This document shows, in pieces, positions 23,565-37,499 of a stretch of 64,000 nt of DNA (positions within the stretch are counted from its first letter, which is position 1; every line of letters begins with the position of its first letter). Under the pieces are notes generated by a model that had not been told where the DNA came from, did no database searches, and saw only the letters and a list, made by a program, of their open reading frames with translations. The stretch comes from Octopus sinensis. Its lineage: Eukaryota. The translations under genes were made by a program, and so were the position numbers. The stretch is taken from positions 1 to 64,000 of the forward strand of contig NW_021832971.1 of the NCBI RefSeq assembly GCF_006345805.1, read 5' to 3'.

Positions 23565-26500
23565 CTATAATGTTGTTGTTAGTTCTTTAGACTTTGCTGT
23601 TGCTATTGGTTCTTTAGCCTTTGGTGTTGTTATTGGTTCTTTAGCTTTGGTGTTGTTATTGGTTGTTTAGCCTTCGAGGTTGTTATTGGTTGTTTAGCCT
23701 TTGGTGTTGTTACTGGTACTTTAGCCTTTGGTGTTGTTATTGGTTCTTTAGCCTTTGGTGTTGTTATTGGTTCTTTAGCATTTGGTGTTGTTATTGGTTC
23801 TTTAGCCTTTGGTGTTATTATTGGTTCTTTAGCCTTCGGTGTCGTTATTGGTTCTTTAGCCTTTGGTGTTGTTATTGGTTCTTTAGACTTTGGTGTTGTT
23901 ATTGGTTCTTAGCCTTTGGTGTTGTTATTGGTTCTTTAGCCTTTGGTGTTGTTATTGGTTCTTTAGATTTTGGTGTTGTTATTGGTTCTTTAGCCTTTGG
24001 TGTTGTTATTGGTTCTTTAGCCTTTGGTGTTATTATTTGTTCTTTAGCCTTTGGTGTTGTTATTGGTTTTTTAGACTTTTCTGTTGTTATTGGTTCTTTA
24101 GACTTTGGTGTTGTTATTGGTTCTTTAGCCTTTGGTGTTGTTATTGGTTCTTTAGCCTTTGGTGTTGTTATTGGTTCTTTAGACTTTGGTGTTGTTATTG
24201 GTTCTTTAGCCTTTGGTGTTGTTATTGGTTCTTTAGCCTTTGGTGTTGTTATTGGTACTTTAGACTTTGGTGTTGTTATTGGTTCTTTAGACTTTTCTGT
24301 TGTTATTGGTTCTTTAGACTTTGGTGTTGTTATTGGTTCTTTAGCCTTTGGTGTTGTTATTGGTTCTTTAGCCTTTGGTGTTGTTATTGGTTCATTAGCC
24401 TTTGGTGTTGTTATTGGTTCTTTAGCGTTTGGTGTTGTTATTGGTTCTTTAGCCTTTGGTGTTGTTATTGGTTCATTAGCCTTTGGTGTTGTTATTGGTT
24501 CTTTAGCCTTTGGTGTTGTTATTGGTTTTTAGCCTTTGGTGTTGTTTTTGGTTATTTAGCCTTTGGTGTTGTTATTGGTTCTTTAGCCTTCGGTGTTGTT
24601 ATTGGTTCTTTAGCCTTTGGTGTTGTTATTGGTCTTTAGACTTTTGGTGTTATTGGTTCTTTAGCCTTTGGTGTTGTTATTGGTTCTTTAGCGTTTGGTG
24701 TTGTTATTGGTTCTTTAGCCTTTGGTGTTGTTATTGGTTCATTAGCCTTTGGTGTTGTTATTGGTTCTTTAGCCTTTGGTGTTGTTATTGGTTTTTAGCC
24801 TTTGGTGTTGTTTTTGGTTATTTAGCCTTTGGTGTTGTTATTGGTTCTTTAGCCTTCGGTGTTGTTATTGGTTCTTTAGCCTTTCGTGTTGTTATTGGTT
24901 CTTTAGACTTTGGTGTTGTTATTGGTTCTTTAGCCTTTGGTGTTGTCATTGGCTCTTTAGCCTTCGGTGTCGTTATTGGTTCTTTAGCCTTTGGTGTTGT
25001 TATTGGTTCTTTAGCCTTTGGTGTTGTTATTGGTTCTTTAGCCTTCGGTGTTGTTATTGGTTCTTTAGCCTTTGGTGTTGTTATTGGTTCTTTAGACTTT
25101 GGTGTTGTTATTGGTTCTTTAGCCTTTATGTTGTTATTGGTTCTTTAGCCATCGGTGTTGTTATTGGTTCTTTAGCCTTTGTGTTGTTATTGGTTCTTTA
25201 GCCTTTGGTGTTGTTATTGGTTCTTTAGACTTTGGAGTTGTTATTGGTTCTGTAGCCATCGGTGTTGTTATTGGTTCTTTAGCCTTTGGTGTTGTTATTG
25301 GTTCTTTAGCCTGCGGTGTTGTTATTGGTTCTTTAGCCTTTGGTGTTGTTATTGGTTCTTTAGCCTTTGGTGTTATTATTGGTTCTTTAGCCTTTGGTGT
25401 TGTTATTGGTTCTTTAGCCTTTGGTGTTGTTATTTGTTCTTTAGCCTTTGGTGTTGTTATTGGTTCTTTAGCCTTTGGTGTTGTTATTGGTTCTTTAGCC
25501 TTTTCTGTTGTTATTGGTTCTTTAGCCTTGGTGTTGTTATTGGTTCTTTAGCCTTTGTTGTTGTTATTGGTTCTTTACCCTTTGGTGTTGTTATTGGTTC
25601 TTTTAGCCTGGTGTTGTTATTGGTTCTTTAGCCTTGTCTGTTGTTATTGGTTCTTTAGACTTTGGTGTTGTTATTGGTTCTTTAGCCTTTTCTGTTGTTA
25701 TTGGTTCTTTAGCCTTTGATGTTGTTATTGGTTCTTTAGCCTTTGGCGTTGTTATTGGTGCTTTAGACTTTGGTGTTGTTATTGGTTCTTTAGCCTTCGG
25801 TGTTGTTATTGGTTCTTTAGCCTTTGGTGTTGTTATTGGTTCTTTAGCCTTTGGTGTTGTTATCGGTTCTTTAGCCTTTGGTGTTGTTATTGGTTCTTTA
25901 GCCTTTGGTGTTGTTACTGGTTCTTTAGCCTTTGGTGTTGTTATTGGTTTTTTAGCCTTTGGTGTTGTTATTGGTTCTTTAGCCTTTGGTGTTGTTATTG
26001 GTTCTTTTGCCTTTGTTGTTGTTATTGGTTCTTTAGCCTTCGGTTTTGTTATTGGTTCTTTAGCCTTTGGTGTTGTTATTGGTTCTTTAGCCTTTGGTGT
26101 TGTTATTGGTTCTTTAGCCTTTGGTGTTGTTATTGGTTCTTTAGCCTTTGTTGTTGTTATTGGTTCTTTAGCCTTTGGTGTTGTTATTGGTTCTTTAGCC
26201 TTTGTTGTTGTATTGGTTCTTTAGCCTTTGGTGTTGTTATTGGTTCTTTAGCCTTGGGTTGTTATTGGTTCTTTAGCCTTTCTGTTGTTATTGGTTTTTT
26301 AGCTTTGGTGTTGTTATTGGTTCTTTACCCTTTGGTGTTGTTATTGGTCTTTAGCCTTTGGTGTTGTATTGGTTCTTTAGCCTTTGGTGTTGTTATTGTT
26401 CTTTAGCCTTTTCTGTTGTTATTGGTTCTTTAGCCTTTGGTGTGTGTTGTTTGGTTCTTTAGCTTTGGTGTTGTTATTGGTTCTTTAGCCTTTGGTGTTG

Positions 26501-29500
26501 TTATTGGTTCTTTAGCCTTTGGTGTTGTTATTGTTCTTTAGCCTTTGGTGTTGTTATTGTTCTTTAGCCTTTGGTGTTGTTATTGGTTCTTTAGCCTTTG
26601 GTGTTGTTATTGGTTCTTTAGACTTTGGTGTGTTATTGGTTCTTTAGCCTTCGGTGTTGTTATGGGTCTTTAGCCTTTGGTGTTGTTATGGTCTTTAGCC
26701 TTCGGTGTTGTTATGGTTCTTTAGCCTTTGGTGTTGTTATTGGTTCTTTAGCCTTTGGTGTTGTTATTGGTTCTTTAGCCTTGGTGTTGATTGGTTCTTT
26801 AGCCTTTGGTGTTGTTATTGGTTCTTTAGCCTTTGGTGTTGTTATTGGTTCTTTAGCCTTCGGTGTTGTTATTGGTTCTTTACTCTTTGGTGTTGTTATT
26901 GGTTCTTTAGCCTTTGGTGTTGTTATTGGTTTAGCTTTGGTGTTGTTATTGGTCTTTAGCCTTTATGTTGTTATTGGTTCTTTAGCCTTTGATGTTGTTA
27001 TTGGTTCTTTAGCCTTTGGCGTTGTTATTGGTGCTTTTGCCTTTGGTGTTGTTATTGGTTCTTTAGCCTTCGGTGTTGTTATGGTTCTTTAGCCTTTGGT
27101 GTTGTTATTGGTTCTTAGCCTTTGGTTGTGTTATTGGTTCTTTAGCCTTGGTGTTGTTATTGGTTCTTTAGCCTTTGGTTGTTGTATTGGTTCTTTAGCC
27201 TTTGGTGTTGTTATTGGTTCTTTTGCCTTCGGTGTTGTTATTGGTTCTTTAGCCTTTGGTGTTGTTATTGGTTCTTTAGCTTCGTTGTTGTTATTGGTTC
27301 TTTAGCCTTTGGTGTTGTTATTGGTCTTTAGACTTTTCTCTTTGTTATTGGTTCTTTAGACTTTGGTGTTGTTATTGGTTCTTTAGCCTTGTGGTGTTAT
27401 TGGTTCTTTAGCCTTTGGTGTTGTTATTGGTTTCTTTAGCCTTTGGTGTTGTTATTGGTTCTTTAGCCTTTGGTTGTTATTGGTTCTTTAGCTTTGGTGT
27501 TGTTATTGGTTCTTTAGCTTTTCTGTTGTTATTGGTCTTTAGCCTTGGTGTTGTTATTGGTTCTTTAGCCTTTGGTGTTGTTATTGGTTCTTTAGCCTTT
27601 GGTGTTGTTATTGGTTCTTTAGCCTTTGTGTTTTATTGGTTCTTTAGCTTTGGTGTTGTTATTGGTTCTTTTAGCCTTTTCTGTTGTTATTGGTTCTTTA
27701 GCCTTTGGTTTTGTTATTGGTTCTTTAGCCTTTTCTGTTGTTATTGGTTCTTTAGCCTTTGATGTTGTTATTGGTTCTTTAGCCTTTGGCGTTGTTATTG
27801 GTGCTTTTGCCTTTGGTGTTGTTATTGGTTCTTTAGCCTTCGGTGTTGTTATTGGTTCTTTAGCCTTTGGTGTTGTTATTGGTTCTTTAGCCTTTGGTGT
27901 TGTTATTGGTTCTTTAGCCTTTGGTGTTGTTATTGGTTCTTTAGCCTTTGGTGTTGTTATTGGTTCTTTTGCCTTCGGTGTTGTTATTGGTTCTTTAGCC
28001 TTTGGTGTTGTTATTGGTTCTTTAGCCTTCGTTGTTGTTATTGGTTTTTAGCCTTGGTTTGTTATTGTTCTTTAGCTTTTCTGTTGTTATTGGTTCTTTA
28101 GCCTTTGGTTGTTGTGTTATTGGTTCTTACCTTTGTGTTGTTATTGGTTCTTTAGCCTTTGGTGTTGTTATTGGTTCTTTAGCCTTTGGTGTTGTTATTG
28201 GTTCTTTAGCCTTTGGTGTTGTTATTAGTTCTTTAGACTTTTTGTTGTTATTGGTTCTTTAGCCTTTGGTGTTGTTATTGGTTCTTTAGCCTTTGGTGTT
28301 GTTATTGGTTCTTTAGCCTTGGTGTTGTTATTGGTTCTTTAGCCTTTGGTGTTGTTATTGGTTCTTTAGCTTTGGTGTTGTTATTGGTCTTTAGCCTTGG
28401 TGTTGTTGTTATTGGTTCTTTAGCCTTTGGTGTTGTTATTGGTTCTTTAGCCTTTGGTGTTGTTATTGGTTCTTTAGACTTTCGTGTGTTATTGGTTCTT
28501 TAGCCTTTGGTGTTGTTATTGGTTCTTTAGCTTTTGGTGTGGTATTGGTTCTTTAGCCTTTGGTGTTGTTATTGGTTCATTAGCCTTTGGTGTTGTTATT
28601 GGTTCTTTAGCCTTTGGTGTTGTTATTGGTTTTTAGCCTTTGGTGTTGTTTTTGGTTCTTTAGCCTTTGGTGTTGTTATTGGTTCTTTAGCCTTCGGTGT
28701 TGTTATTGGTTCTTTAGCCTTTCGTGTTGTTATTGGTTCTTTAGACTTTGGTGTTGTTATTGGTTCTTTAGCCTTTGGTGTTGTTATTGGTTCTTTAGCC
28801 TTCGGTGTTGTTATTGGTTCTTTAGCCTTTGGTGTTGTTATTGGTTCTTTAGCCTTTGGTGTTGTTATTGGTTCTTTAGCCTTCGGTGTTGTTATTGGTT
28901 CTTTAGCCTTTGGTGTTGTTATTGGTTCTTTAGACTTTGGTGTTGTTATTGGTTCTTTAGCCTTTATGTTGTTATTGGTTCTTTAGCCATCGGTGTTGTT
29001 ATTGGTTCTTTAGCCTTTGTGTTGTTATTGGTTCTTTAGCCTTTGGTGTTGTTATTGGTTCTTTAGACTTTGGAGTTGTTATTGGTTCTGTAGCCATCGG
29101 TGTTGTTATTGGTTCTTTACCTTTGTGTGTTGTTTTGGTTCTTTAGCCTGCGGTGTTGTTATTGGTTCTTTAGCCTTTGGTGTTGTTATTGGTTCTTTAG
29201 CCTTTGGTGTTATTATTGTTCTTTATTAGCCTTTGGTGTTGTTATTGGTTCTTTAGCCTTTGGTGTTGTTATTTGTTCTTTAGCCTTTGGTGTTGTTATT
29301 GGTTCTTTAGCCTTTGTGTGTTTTATTGGTTCTTTAGCCTTTTTTGTTGTTATTGGTTCTTTAGCCTTTGGTGTTGTTATTGGTTCTTTAGCCTTTGTGT
29401 TGTTATTGTTCTTTCTTTACCCTTGGTGTGTTATTGGTTCTTTAGCCTTGGTGTTGTTATTGGTTATTTGTTCTTTAGCCTTAGCCTTCTGTTGTGTTAT

Positions 29501-32500
29501 TGGTTCTTTAGCCTTTGGTGTTGTATTATTGGTTCTTTAGCCTTGGTCTGTTGTTTTGTTCTTTAGCCTTTGATGTTGTTATTGGTTCTTTAGCCTTTGG
29601 CGTTGTTATTGGTGCTTTAGGACTTTGGTGTTGTTATTGGTTCTTTAGCCTTCGGTGTTGTTATTGGTTCTTTAGCCTTTGGTGTTGTTATTGGTTCTTT
29701 AGCCTTTGGTGTGGTTTCGGTTTTTAGCCTTTGGTGTTGTTATTGGTTCTTTAGCCTTTGGTGTTGTTATTGGTTCTTTAGCCTTTGGTGTTGTTATTGG
29801 TTCTTTAGCCTTTGGTGTGTGTTATTGTGTCTTTAGCCTTTGGTGTTGTTATTGGTTCTTTTGCCTTTGGTGTTGTTATTGGTGTCTTTAGCCTTCGTTT
29901 TGTTATGGTTCTTTAGCCTTTGGTGTGTTATTGGTTCTTTAGCCTTTGGTGTTGTTATTGGTTCTTTAGCCTTTGGTGTTGTTATTGGTTCTTTAGCCTT
30001 TTTTGTTGTTATTGGTTCTTTAGCCTTTGGTGTTGTTATTGTTCTTTAGCCTTTGTGTTGTTATGGTTCTTTAGCCTTTGGTGTTGTTATTGGTTCTTTA
30101 GCCTTTGGTGTTGTTATTGGTTCTTTAGCCTTTTTTGTTGTTATTGGTTTTTTAGCTTTGGTGTTGTTATTGGTTCTTTACCCTTTGGTGTTGTTATTGG
30201 TTCTTTAGCCTTTGGTGTTGTTATTGGTTCTTTAGCCTTTGGTGTTGTTATTGTTCTTTAGCCTTTTCTGTTGTTATTGGTTTTTAGCCTTTGGTTGTTG
30301 TATTGGTTCTTTAGCCTTTGGTGTTGTTATTGGTTCTTTAGCCTTTGGTGTTGTTAGTGGTTCTTTAGCCTTTGGTGTTGTTATTGTTTCTTTAGCCTTT
30401 GGTGTTGTTATTTGTTCTTTAGCCTTTGGTGTTGTTATTGGTTCTTTAGCCTTTGGTGTTGTTATTGGTTCTTTAGCCTTTGGTGTTGTTATTGGTTCTT
30501 TAGCCTTCGGTGTTGTTATTGGTTCTTTAGCCTTTGGTGTTGTTATTGGTTCTTTAGCCTTCGGTGTTGTTATTGGTTCTTTAGCCTTTGGTGTTGTTAT
30601 TGGTTCTTTAGCCTTTGGTGTTGTTATTGGTTCTTTAGCCTTTGGTGTTGTTATTGGTTCTTTAGCCTTTTGTGTTGTTATTGGTACTTTAGCCTTTGGT
30701 GTTGTTATTGGTTCTTTAGCCTTCGGTGTTGTTATTGGTTCTTTACCCTTTGGTGTTGTTATTGGTTCTTTAGCCTTTGGTGTTGTTATTGGTTCTTTAG
30801 CCTTTGGTGTTGTTATTGGTTCTTTAGCCTTTTCTGTTGTTATTGGTTCTTTAGCCTTTGATGTTGTTATTGGTTCTTTAGCCTTTGGCGTTGTTATTGG
30901 TGCTTTTGCCTTTGGTGTTGTTATTGGTTCTTTAGCCTTCGGTGTTGTTATTGGTTCTTTAGCCTTTGGTGTTGTTATTGGTTCTTTAGCCTTTGGTGTT
31001 GTTATTGGTTCTTTACCTTCGTTGTTGGTTATTGGTTCTTTAGCCTTTGGTGTTGTTATTGTTTTTCTTTAGCCTTGGTGTTGTTATTGGTTCTTTAGCC
31101 TTTTCTCTTGTTATTGGTTCTTTAGCCTTTGGTGTTGTTATTGGTCCTTAGCCTTTGGTGTTGTTATTGGTTCTTCAGCCTTTGGTGTTGTTATCGGTTC
31201 TTTAGCCTTTGGTGTTGTTATTGGTTCTTTAGCCTTTGGTGTTGTTATTGGTTCTTTAGCCTTTGGTGTTGTTATTGGTTCTTTAGCCTTTGGTGTTGTT
31301 ATTGGTTCTTTAGCCTTTGGTGTTGTTATTGGTTCTTTAGCCTTTGGTGTTGTTATTGGTTCTTTAGCCTTTAGTGTTGTTATTGGTTCTTTAGCCTTTA
31401 ATGTTGTTATTGGTTCTTTAGCCTTTGGTGTTGTTATTGGTTCTTTTGCCTTTTCTGTTGTCATTGGTTCTTTAGCCTTTGGTTTTGTTATTGGTTCTTT
31501 AGCCTTTGTTGTTGTTATTGGTTCTTTAGCCTTTGGTGTTGTTATTGATTCTTTAGCCTTTGGTGTTGTTATTGGTTCTTTAGCCTTTGGTGTTATTATT
31601 GGTTCTTTAGCCTTTGGTGTTGTTATTGGTTCTTTAGCCTTTGGTGTTGTTATTTGTTCTTTAGCCTTTGGTGTTGTTATTGGTTCTTTAGCCTTTGGTG
31701 TTGTTATTGGTTCTTTAGCCTTTTCTGTTGTTATTGGTTCTTTAGCCTTTGGTGTTGTTATTGGTTCTTTAGCCTTTGGTGTTGTTATTGGTTCTTTACC
31801 CTTTGGTGTTGTTATTGGTTCTTTAGCCTTTGGTGTTGTTATTGGTTCTTTAGCCTTTTGTGTTGTTATTGGTTCTTTAGCCTTTGGTGTTGTTATTGGT
31901 TCTTTAGCCTTTTGTGTTGTTATTGGTTCTTTAGCCTTTGATGTTGTTATTGGTTCTTTAGCCTTTGGCGTTGTTATTGGTGCTTTAGCCTTTGGTGTTG
32001 TTATTGGTTCTTTAGCCTTCGGTGTTGTTATTGGTTCTTTAGCCTTTGGTGTTGTTATTGGTTCTTTAGCCTTTGGTGTTGTTATTGGTTCTTTAGCCTT
32101 TGGTGTTGTTATTGGTTCTTTAGCCTTTGGTGTTGTTACTGGTTCTTTAGCCTTTGGTGTTGTTATTGGTTCTTTAGCCTTTGGTGTTGTTATTGGTTCT
32201 TTAGCCTTTGGTGTTGTTATTGGTTCTTTAGCCTTTGGTGTTGTTATTGGTTCTTTAGCCTTCGGTGTTGTTATTGGTTCTTTAGCCTTTGGTGTTGTTA
32301 TTGGTTCTTTAGCCTTTGGTGTTGTTATTGGTTCTTTAGCCTTTTTTGTTGTTATTGGTTCTTTAGCCTTTGGTGTTGTTATTGGTTCTTTAGCCTTTGT
32401 TGTTGTTATTGGTTCTTTAGCCTTTGGTGTTGTTATTGGTTCTTTAGCCTTTGGTGTTGTTATTGGTTCTTTAGCCTTTTCTGTTGTTATTGGTTCTTTA

Positions 32501-35184
32501 GCCTTTGGTGTTGTTATTGGTTCTTTACCCTTTGGTGTTGTTATTGGTTCTTTAGCCTTTGGTGTTGTTATTGGTTCTTTAGCCTTTGGTGTTGTTATTG
32601 GTTCTTTAGCCTTTTCTGTTGTTATTGGTTCTTTAGCCTTTGGTGTTGTTATTGGTTCTTTAGCCTTTGGTGTTGTTATTGGTTCTTTAGCCTTTGGTGT
32701 TGTTAGTGGTTCTTTAGCCTTTGGTGTTGTTATTGTTTCTTTAGCCTTTGGTGTTGTTATTGGTTCTTTAGCCTTTGGTGTTGTTATTGGTTCTTTAGCC
32801 TTTGGTGTTGTTATTGGTTCTTTAGCCTTTGGTGTTGTTATTGGTTCTTTAGCCTTCGGTGTTGTTATTGGTTCTTTAGCCTTCGGTGTTGTTATTGGTT
32901 CTTTAGCCTTTGGTGTTGTTATTGGTTCTTTAGCCTTTGGCGTTGTTATTGGTTCTTTAGCCTTTGGCGTTGTTATTGGTTCTTTAGCCTTTGGTGTTGT
33001 TATTGGTTCTTTAGCCTTTGGTGTTGTTATTGGTTCTTTAGCCTTGGTGTTGTTACTGGTTCTTAGCTTTGGTGTTGTTATTGGTTCTTTAGCCTTTGGT
33101 GTTGTTATTGGTGTTGTTGTATTGGTTCTTTAGCCTTTGGTGTTGTTATGGTTCTTTAGCCTTGGTGTTGTTATTGGTTCTTTAGCCTTCGGTGTTGTTA
33201 TTGGTTCTTTAGCCTTTGGTGTTGTTATGGTTCTTTAGCCTTTGGTGTTGTTATTGGTTCTTTAGCCTTTTCTGTTGTTATTGGTTCTTTAGCCTTTGGT
33301 GTTGTTATTGGTTTTTTAGCCTTTGGTGTTGTTATTGGTTCTTTAGCCTTTGGTGTTGTTATTGGTTCTTTAGCCTTTGGTGTTGTTATTGGTTCTTTAG
33401 CCTTTGGTGTTGTTATTGGTTCTTTAGCCTTTTCTGTTGTTATTGGTTCTTTAGCCTTTGGTGTTGTTATTGGTTCTTTAGCCTTCGGTGTTGTTATTGG
33501 TTCTTTAGCCTTTGGTGTTGTTATTGTTTCTTTAGCCTTTGGTGTTGTTATTGGTTCTTTAGCCTTTGGTGTTGTTATTGGTTCTTTAGCCTTTTGTGTT
33601 GTTATTGGTTCTTTAGCCTTTGGTGTTGTTATTGGTTCTTTAGCCTTCGGTGTTGTTATTGGTTCTTTAGCCTTTGGTGTTGTTATTGGTTCTTTAGCCT
33701 TCGTGTTGTTATTGGTTCTTTAGCCTTTGGTGTTGTTATTGGTTCTTTAGCCTTTGGTGTTGTTATTGGTTCTTTAGCCTTTGGTGTTGTTATTGGTTCT
33801 TTAGCCTTTTGTGTTGTTATTGGTTCTTTAGCCTTTGGTGTTGTTATTGGTTCTTTAGCCTTCGGTGTTGTTATTGGTTCTTTAGCCTTTGGTGTTGTTA
33901 TTGGTTCTTTAGCCTTTGGTGTTATTATTGGTTCTTTAGCCTTTGGCGTTGTTATTGGTTCTTTAGCCTTTGGTGTTGTTATTTGTTCTTTAGCCTTTGG
34001 TGTTGTTATTGGTTCTTTAGCCTTTGGTGTTGTTATTGGTTCTTTAGCCTTTTCTGTTGTTATTGGTTCTTTAGCCTTTGGTGTTGTTATTGGTTCTTTA
34101 GCCTTTGGTGTTGTTATTGGTTCTTTACCCTTTGGTGTTGTTATTGGTTCTTTAGCCTTTTGTGTTGTTATTGGTTCTTTAGCCTTTGGTGTTGTTATTG
34201 GTTCTTTAGCCTTTTCTGTTGTTATTGGTTCTTTAGCCTTTGATGTTGTTATTGGTTCTTTAGCCTTTGGCGTTGTTATTGGTGCTTTAGCCTTTGGTGT
34301 TGTTATTGGTTCTTTAGCCTTCGGTGTTGTTATTGGTTCTTTAGCCTTTGGTGTTGTTATTGGTTCTTTAGACTTTTCTGTTGTTATTGGTTCTTTAGCC
34401 TTTGGTGTTGTTATTGGTTCTTTAGCCTTTGGTGTTGTTACTGGTTCTTTAGCCTTTGGTGTTGTTATTGGTTCTTTAGCATTTGGTGTTGTTATTGGTT
34501 CTTTAGCCTTTGGTGTTGTTATTGGTTCTTTAGCCTTTGGTGTTGTTATTGGTTCTTTAGCCTTCGGTGTTGTTATTGGTTCTTTAGCCTTTGGTGTTGT
34601 TATTGGTTCTTTAGCCTTTGGTGTTGTTATTGGTTCTTTAGCCTTTGGTGTTGTTATTGGTTCTTTAGCCTTTTTTGTTGTTATTGGTTCTTTAGCCTTT
34701 GGTGTTGTTATTGGTTCTTTAGCCTTTGGTGTTGTTATTGGTTCTTTAGCCTTTGGTGTTGTTATTGGTTCTTTAGCCTTTTGTGTTGTTATTGGTTCTT
34801 TAGCCTTTGGTGTTGTTATTGGTTCTTTAGCCTTTGGTGTTGTTATTGGTTCTTTAGCCTTTGGTGTTGTTATTGGTTCTTTAGCCTTTGGTGTTGTTAT
34901 TGGTTCTTTAGCCTTTGGTGTTGTTATTGGTTCTTTAGTTTTCTGTGTTGTTATTGGTTCTTTAGCCTTTGGTGTTGTTATTGGTTCTTTAGCCTTCGTT
35001 GTTGTTATTGGTTCTTTAGCCTTTGGTGTTGTTATTGGTTCTTTAGCCTTTGGTGTTGTTATTGGTTCTTTAGTTGTGACTGTTGTTGTTGGTTCTTCAA
35101 TTGTGACTTTTGTTGTTGGTTCTTCAGTCGTGGCTGTTGTTGTTAATTCTTCAGTCGTGCCTGTTGTTGTTTGTTCTACAGTAT
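23565..35184 (-). CDS. Mucin-like gene, giant exon of ~425 tandem TTPKAKEPI repeats ending at the first in-frame TAG
   Basis: tttttacag|AT ACT GTA GAA CAA... (phase 1), four TTEE-type units, then the 27-bp array to ~23583; TAG at 23567-23565. Many 1-2 nt indels in the array (likely assembly errors) break the frame as given. Confidence 0.7.
23583..35072 (-). repeat. 27-bp coding minisatellite (plus-strand consensus ttagcctttggtgttgttattggttct), ~425 copies
   Basis: Directly visible; ~11.5 kb divided by 27 bp. Confidence 0.97.
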
Positions 35185-35357
35185 CTGTAAAAATATAATG
35201 CATGTTACACAATCTGTATTTCTAGAGCGTATCACACGTTTATGTTTTATTGGGAGTGGTAACTCTCACTGATACATTGTTGTGTCGAAATTCACTATAA
35301 ATCATATGATACTAAGAAATTTAAATTGTCGTTGTATTTGTAGTAGTTGTTGTTGTA

Positions 35358-35390
<33 letters not shown>

Positions 35391-35559
35391 TTAGTATTAG
35401 TAGTAGTAGTAGTGGCAGTAGTAGTAGTAGAAGGAGAGGAGGAGGAGGAGGAGGAGGAGTTCATTTCTTTGTTGTTGCCTTTGAAATATGTTATCGTTTT
35501 ATCCTGTTAAAAGTTACTGTGAAAGAATGTAATACATCTGTTCCAATCTTTGCACTTAC

Positions 35560-35687
35560 TTTCGAAATTCACTTTCGTCTTTTCTCCTATTACACCTGTA
35601 ATATTATTCATGGTTTCGCGGACAATCTCTACCTGGGGATCTGCACGTTTGAATTCCATAATCAGGTCTGCAATCAGGCTACCGTTT
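35560..35687 (-). CDS. Mucin-like gene, exon encoding the C-terminal part of SEA domain 2 (R-NGSLIADLIMEFKRADPQVEIVRETMNNITGVIGEKTKVNFE)
   Basis: tcttgatttcag|A AAC GGT AGC...TTC GAA A|gtaagt; 128 nt, phase 2 to 1. GSLIAD matches the SEA GS-V/I-V/I autoproteolysis motif. Confidence 0.85.
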
Positions 35688-36497
35688 CTGAAATCAAGAA
35701 AGATAATCTTTACTAACTGCACGTGCATTTTACGAGAATTTGCAGAACTTTGTGCAATAACAGAAATCACCAGCTGAGATTTTCTCTCAACTCTGTTCAT
35801 AAAATCCCTCTTGGTTTACCTCTTTATGAATCAGTGCAACGCTGCGTGATCTCCACCCTACATCGTTGAACAGGGCCTCTGCCGCACTTCAGAGAGCTAA
35901 GCAAATCCAGTTGAGAATGCAGACAAACCCTTGCCAGAGATTTTTATTGCTAGAGAGCCATACGTATGGCAGTAGAATTCTCTCGTAGATTTTGATTCTT
36001 TAAAAAATCGCCTGAAGATTTTGCGCTTTCTCTTCCTTTTATGCAAACTATCAAATTCAGCCTGAACGTCCAGAACATTCACACACGCTTCTACTTCCCT
36101 ATCACTTGCTGGGGGTCACTTGATTTTCACGACTATGCCAAACATCAATATTTTTTCCAATTGCCCATTCACTTCCCTATAACAGCCTCTAACAACCCGC
36201 TTCGTTGCGCACCAACTGTCGACAGTGTGTTCTCATTTGTGAATTCCTTAATTCCCTCCAACATGTGTCCACGAAACTTTCCTTGACCGCTTTTCCATCA
36301 GCTCTAATATACTCCCTGCCATCGCTTGCATTTCTCATCTGTTTGCTTCTCCTTATAACAAAGAAAGACTCATCGACACACATGATATTCAGTTTCATTA
36401 CCCTTCCATATCTGCACATATGTGTCAGCCACAAAATATTCTGTGACATATTGTCGAATAATCGCTGACACCTCTAAAGAAGAAAGTCTATAATACT

Positions 36498-36540
<43 letters not shown>

Positions 36541-36585
36541 TGTAATTGAACCGTATATAAAAGAGATATCACCGATAGAACTGAC

Positions 36586-36653
36586 CTTAATTGTGTAACA
36601 TTATTGCCAAGATATGTGTCCGCCAACTCACTGTTTTCCATAGATTCATCGAC
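36586..36653 (-). CDS. Mucin-like gene, exon encoding the middle part of SEA domain 2 (VDESMENSELADTYLGNNVTQL-R)
   Basis: gtgtttttag|GTC GAT...TTA AG|gtcagt; 68 nt, phase 0 to 2; joins both neighbouring exons in frame. Confidence 0.8.
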
Positions 36654-37499
36654 CTAAAAACACAAAAATAAAATTCAACATGGCTGAAATGAATGTTGAT
36701 TATTGTCGCGTTTGCAATATTTGCCATTTTAAGAGAGGCTTTTTTTTGTAAAATATTCTCTGCATTTTGAATGTTGGAAATATTTCTCGAAATGCTAATT
36801 GAGTATATTTACTACTTTATTACTTTTATCATACTCTCTACTTGAAGATTACTTTCTTCCTACACCCCTATCCTTTGAGCTCACAATTATGTGTATTTCA
36901 TGATAACAATTATCATGAAACAATATATAAATTAATATTTTAACAATAAAAATCAAACACAATTCAATTAAAAAATTAAGTAATATTGTTATATAAATAC
37001 GTTACTTATCTTATCGGAAAACATTTTATAACTGAATCTTAAACGTGAAAATGTGTTAGCGTTTATAAGAAATTAAACTCGTGAAGATGTTTTGTAAAAG
37101 GATAGAATAAATTTATTAATGAAAATGAAGAAATATATTTATTAATGAAAATAACGAAAAATATTTAAGCTTCTAGAATCAAAGAATAAGAGAACAACAA
37201 ATCTATAAATGACTATTTCCTATAAATTTTACAATCCAAATAATTATTACGTAAAATATACATATTATATTTAAATTAATTTATATTACTATGATCAATA
37301 CATCTTAATAAATTTATATATTCATTTATTTATTAAGAAATATCCATGTTTAAACGTATTCAGATATAGTAATATAACATATAATATCATGCTAATTTAT
37401 ACACTAACACTACTGAATTATATCTTCAATAAATAAGTAACATACAATAAGGTTTTATATAGACGTAAAACCTATTATATAGGTAAGTGAATTTATGTT

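Noticed and set aside
23583-35072. Regular 27-bp periodicity as a CRISPR array
   Set aside because: These are head-to-tail tandem units with no unique spacers and no cas genes, in a eukaryotic context.
35688-35800. N-terminal half of ORF 35507-35800 (MNRVERKSQLV...LDF) as part of the SEA domain
   Set aside because: It lies upstream of a good acceptor at 35687, and a phase-compatible middle exon exists at 36586-36653, so this part is read as intron.
35900-36450. Possible decayed RTE 3' fragment in the SEA2 intron (LEKILMFG-like motif)
   Set aside because: Too degenerate to call by eye.
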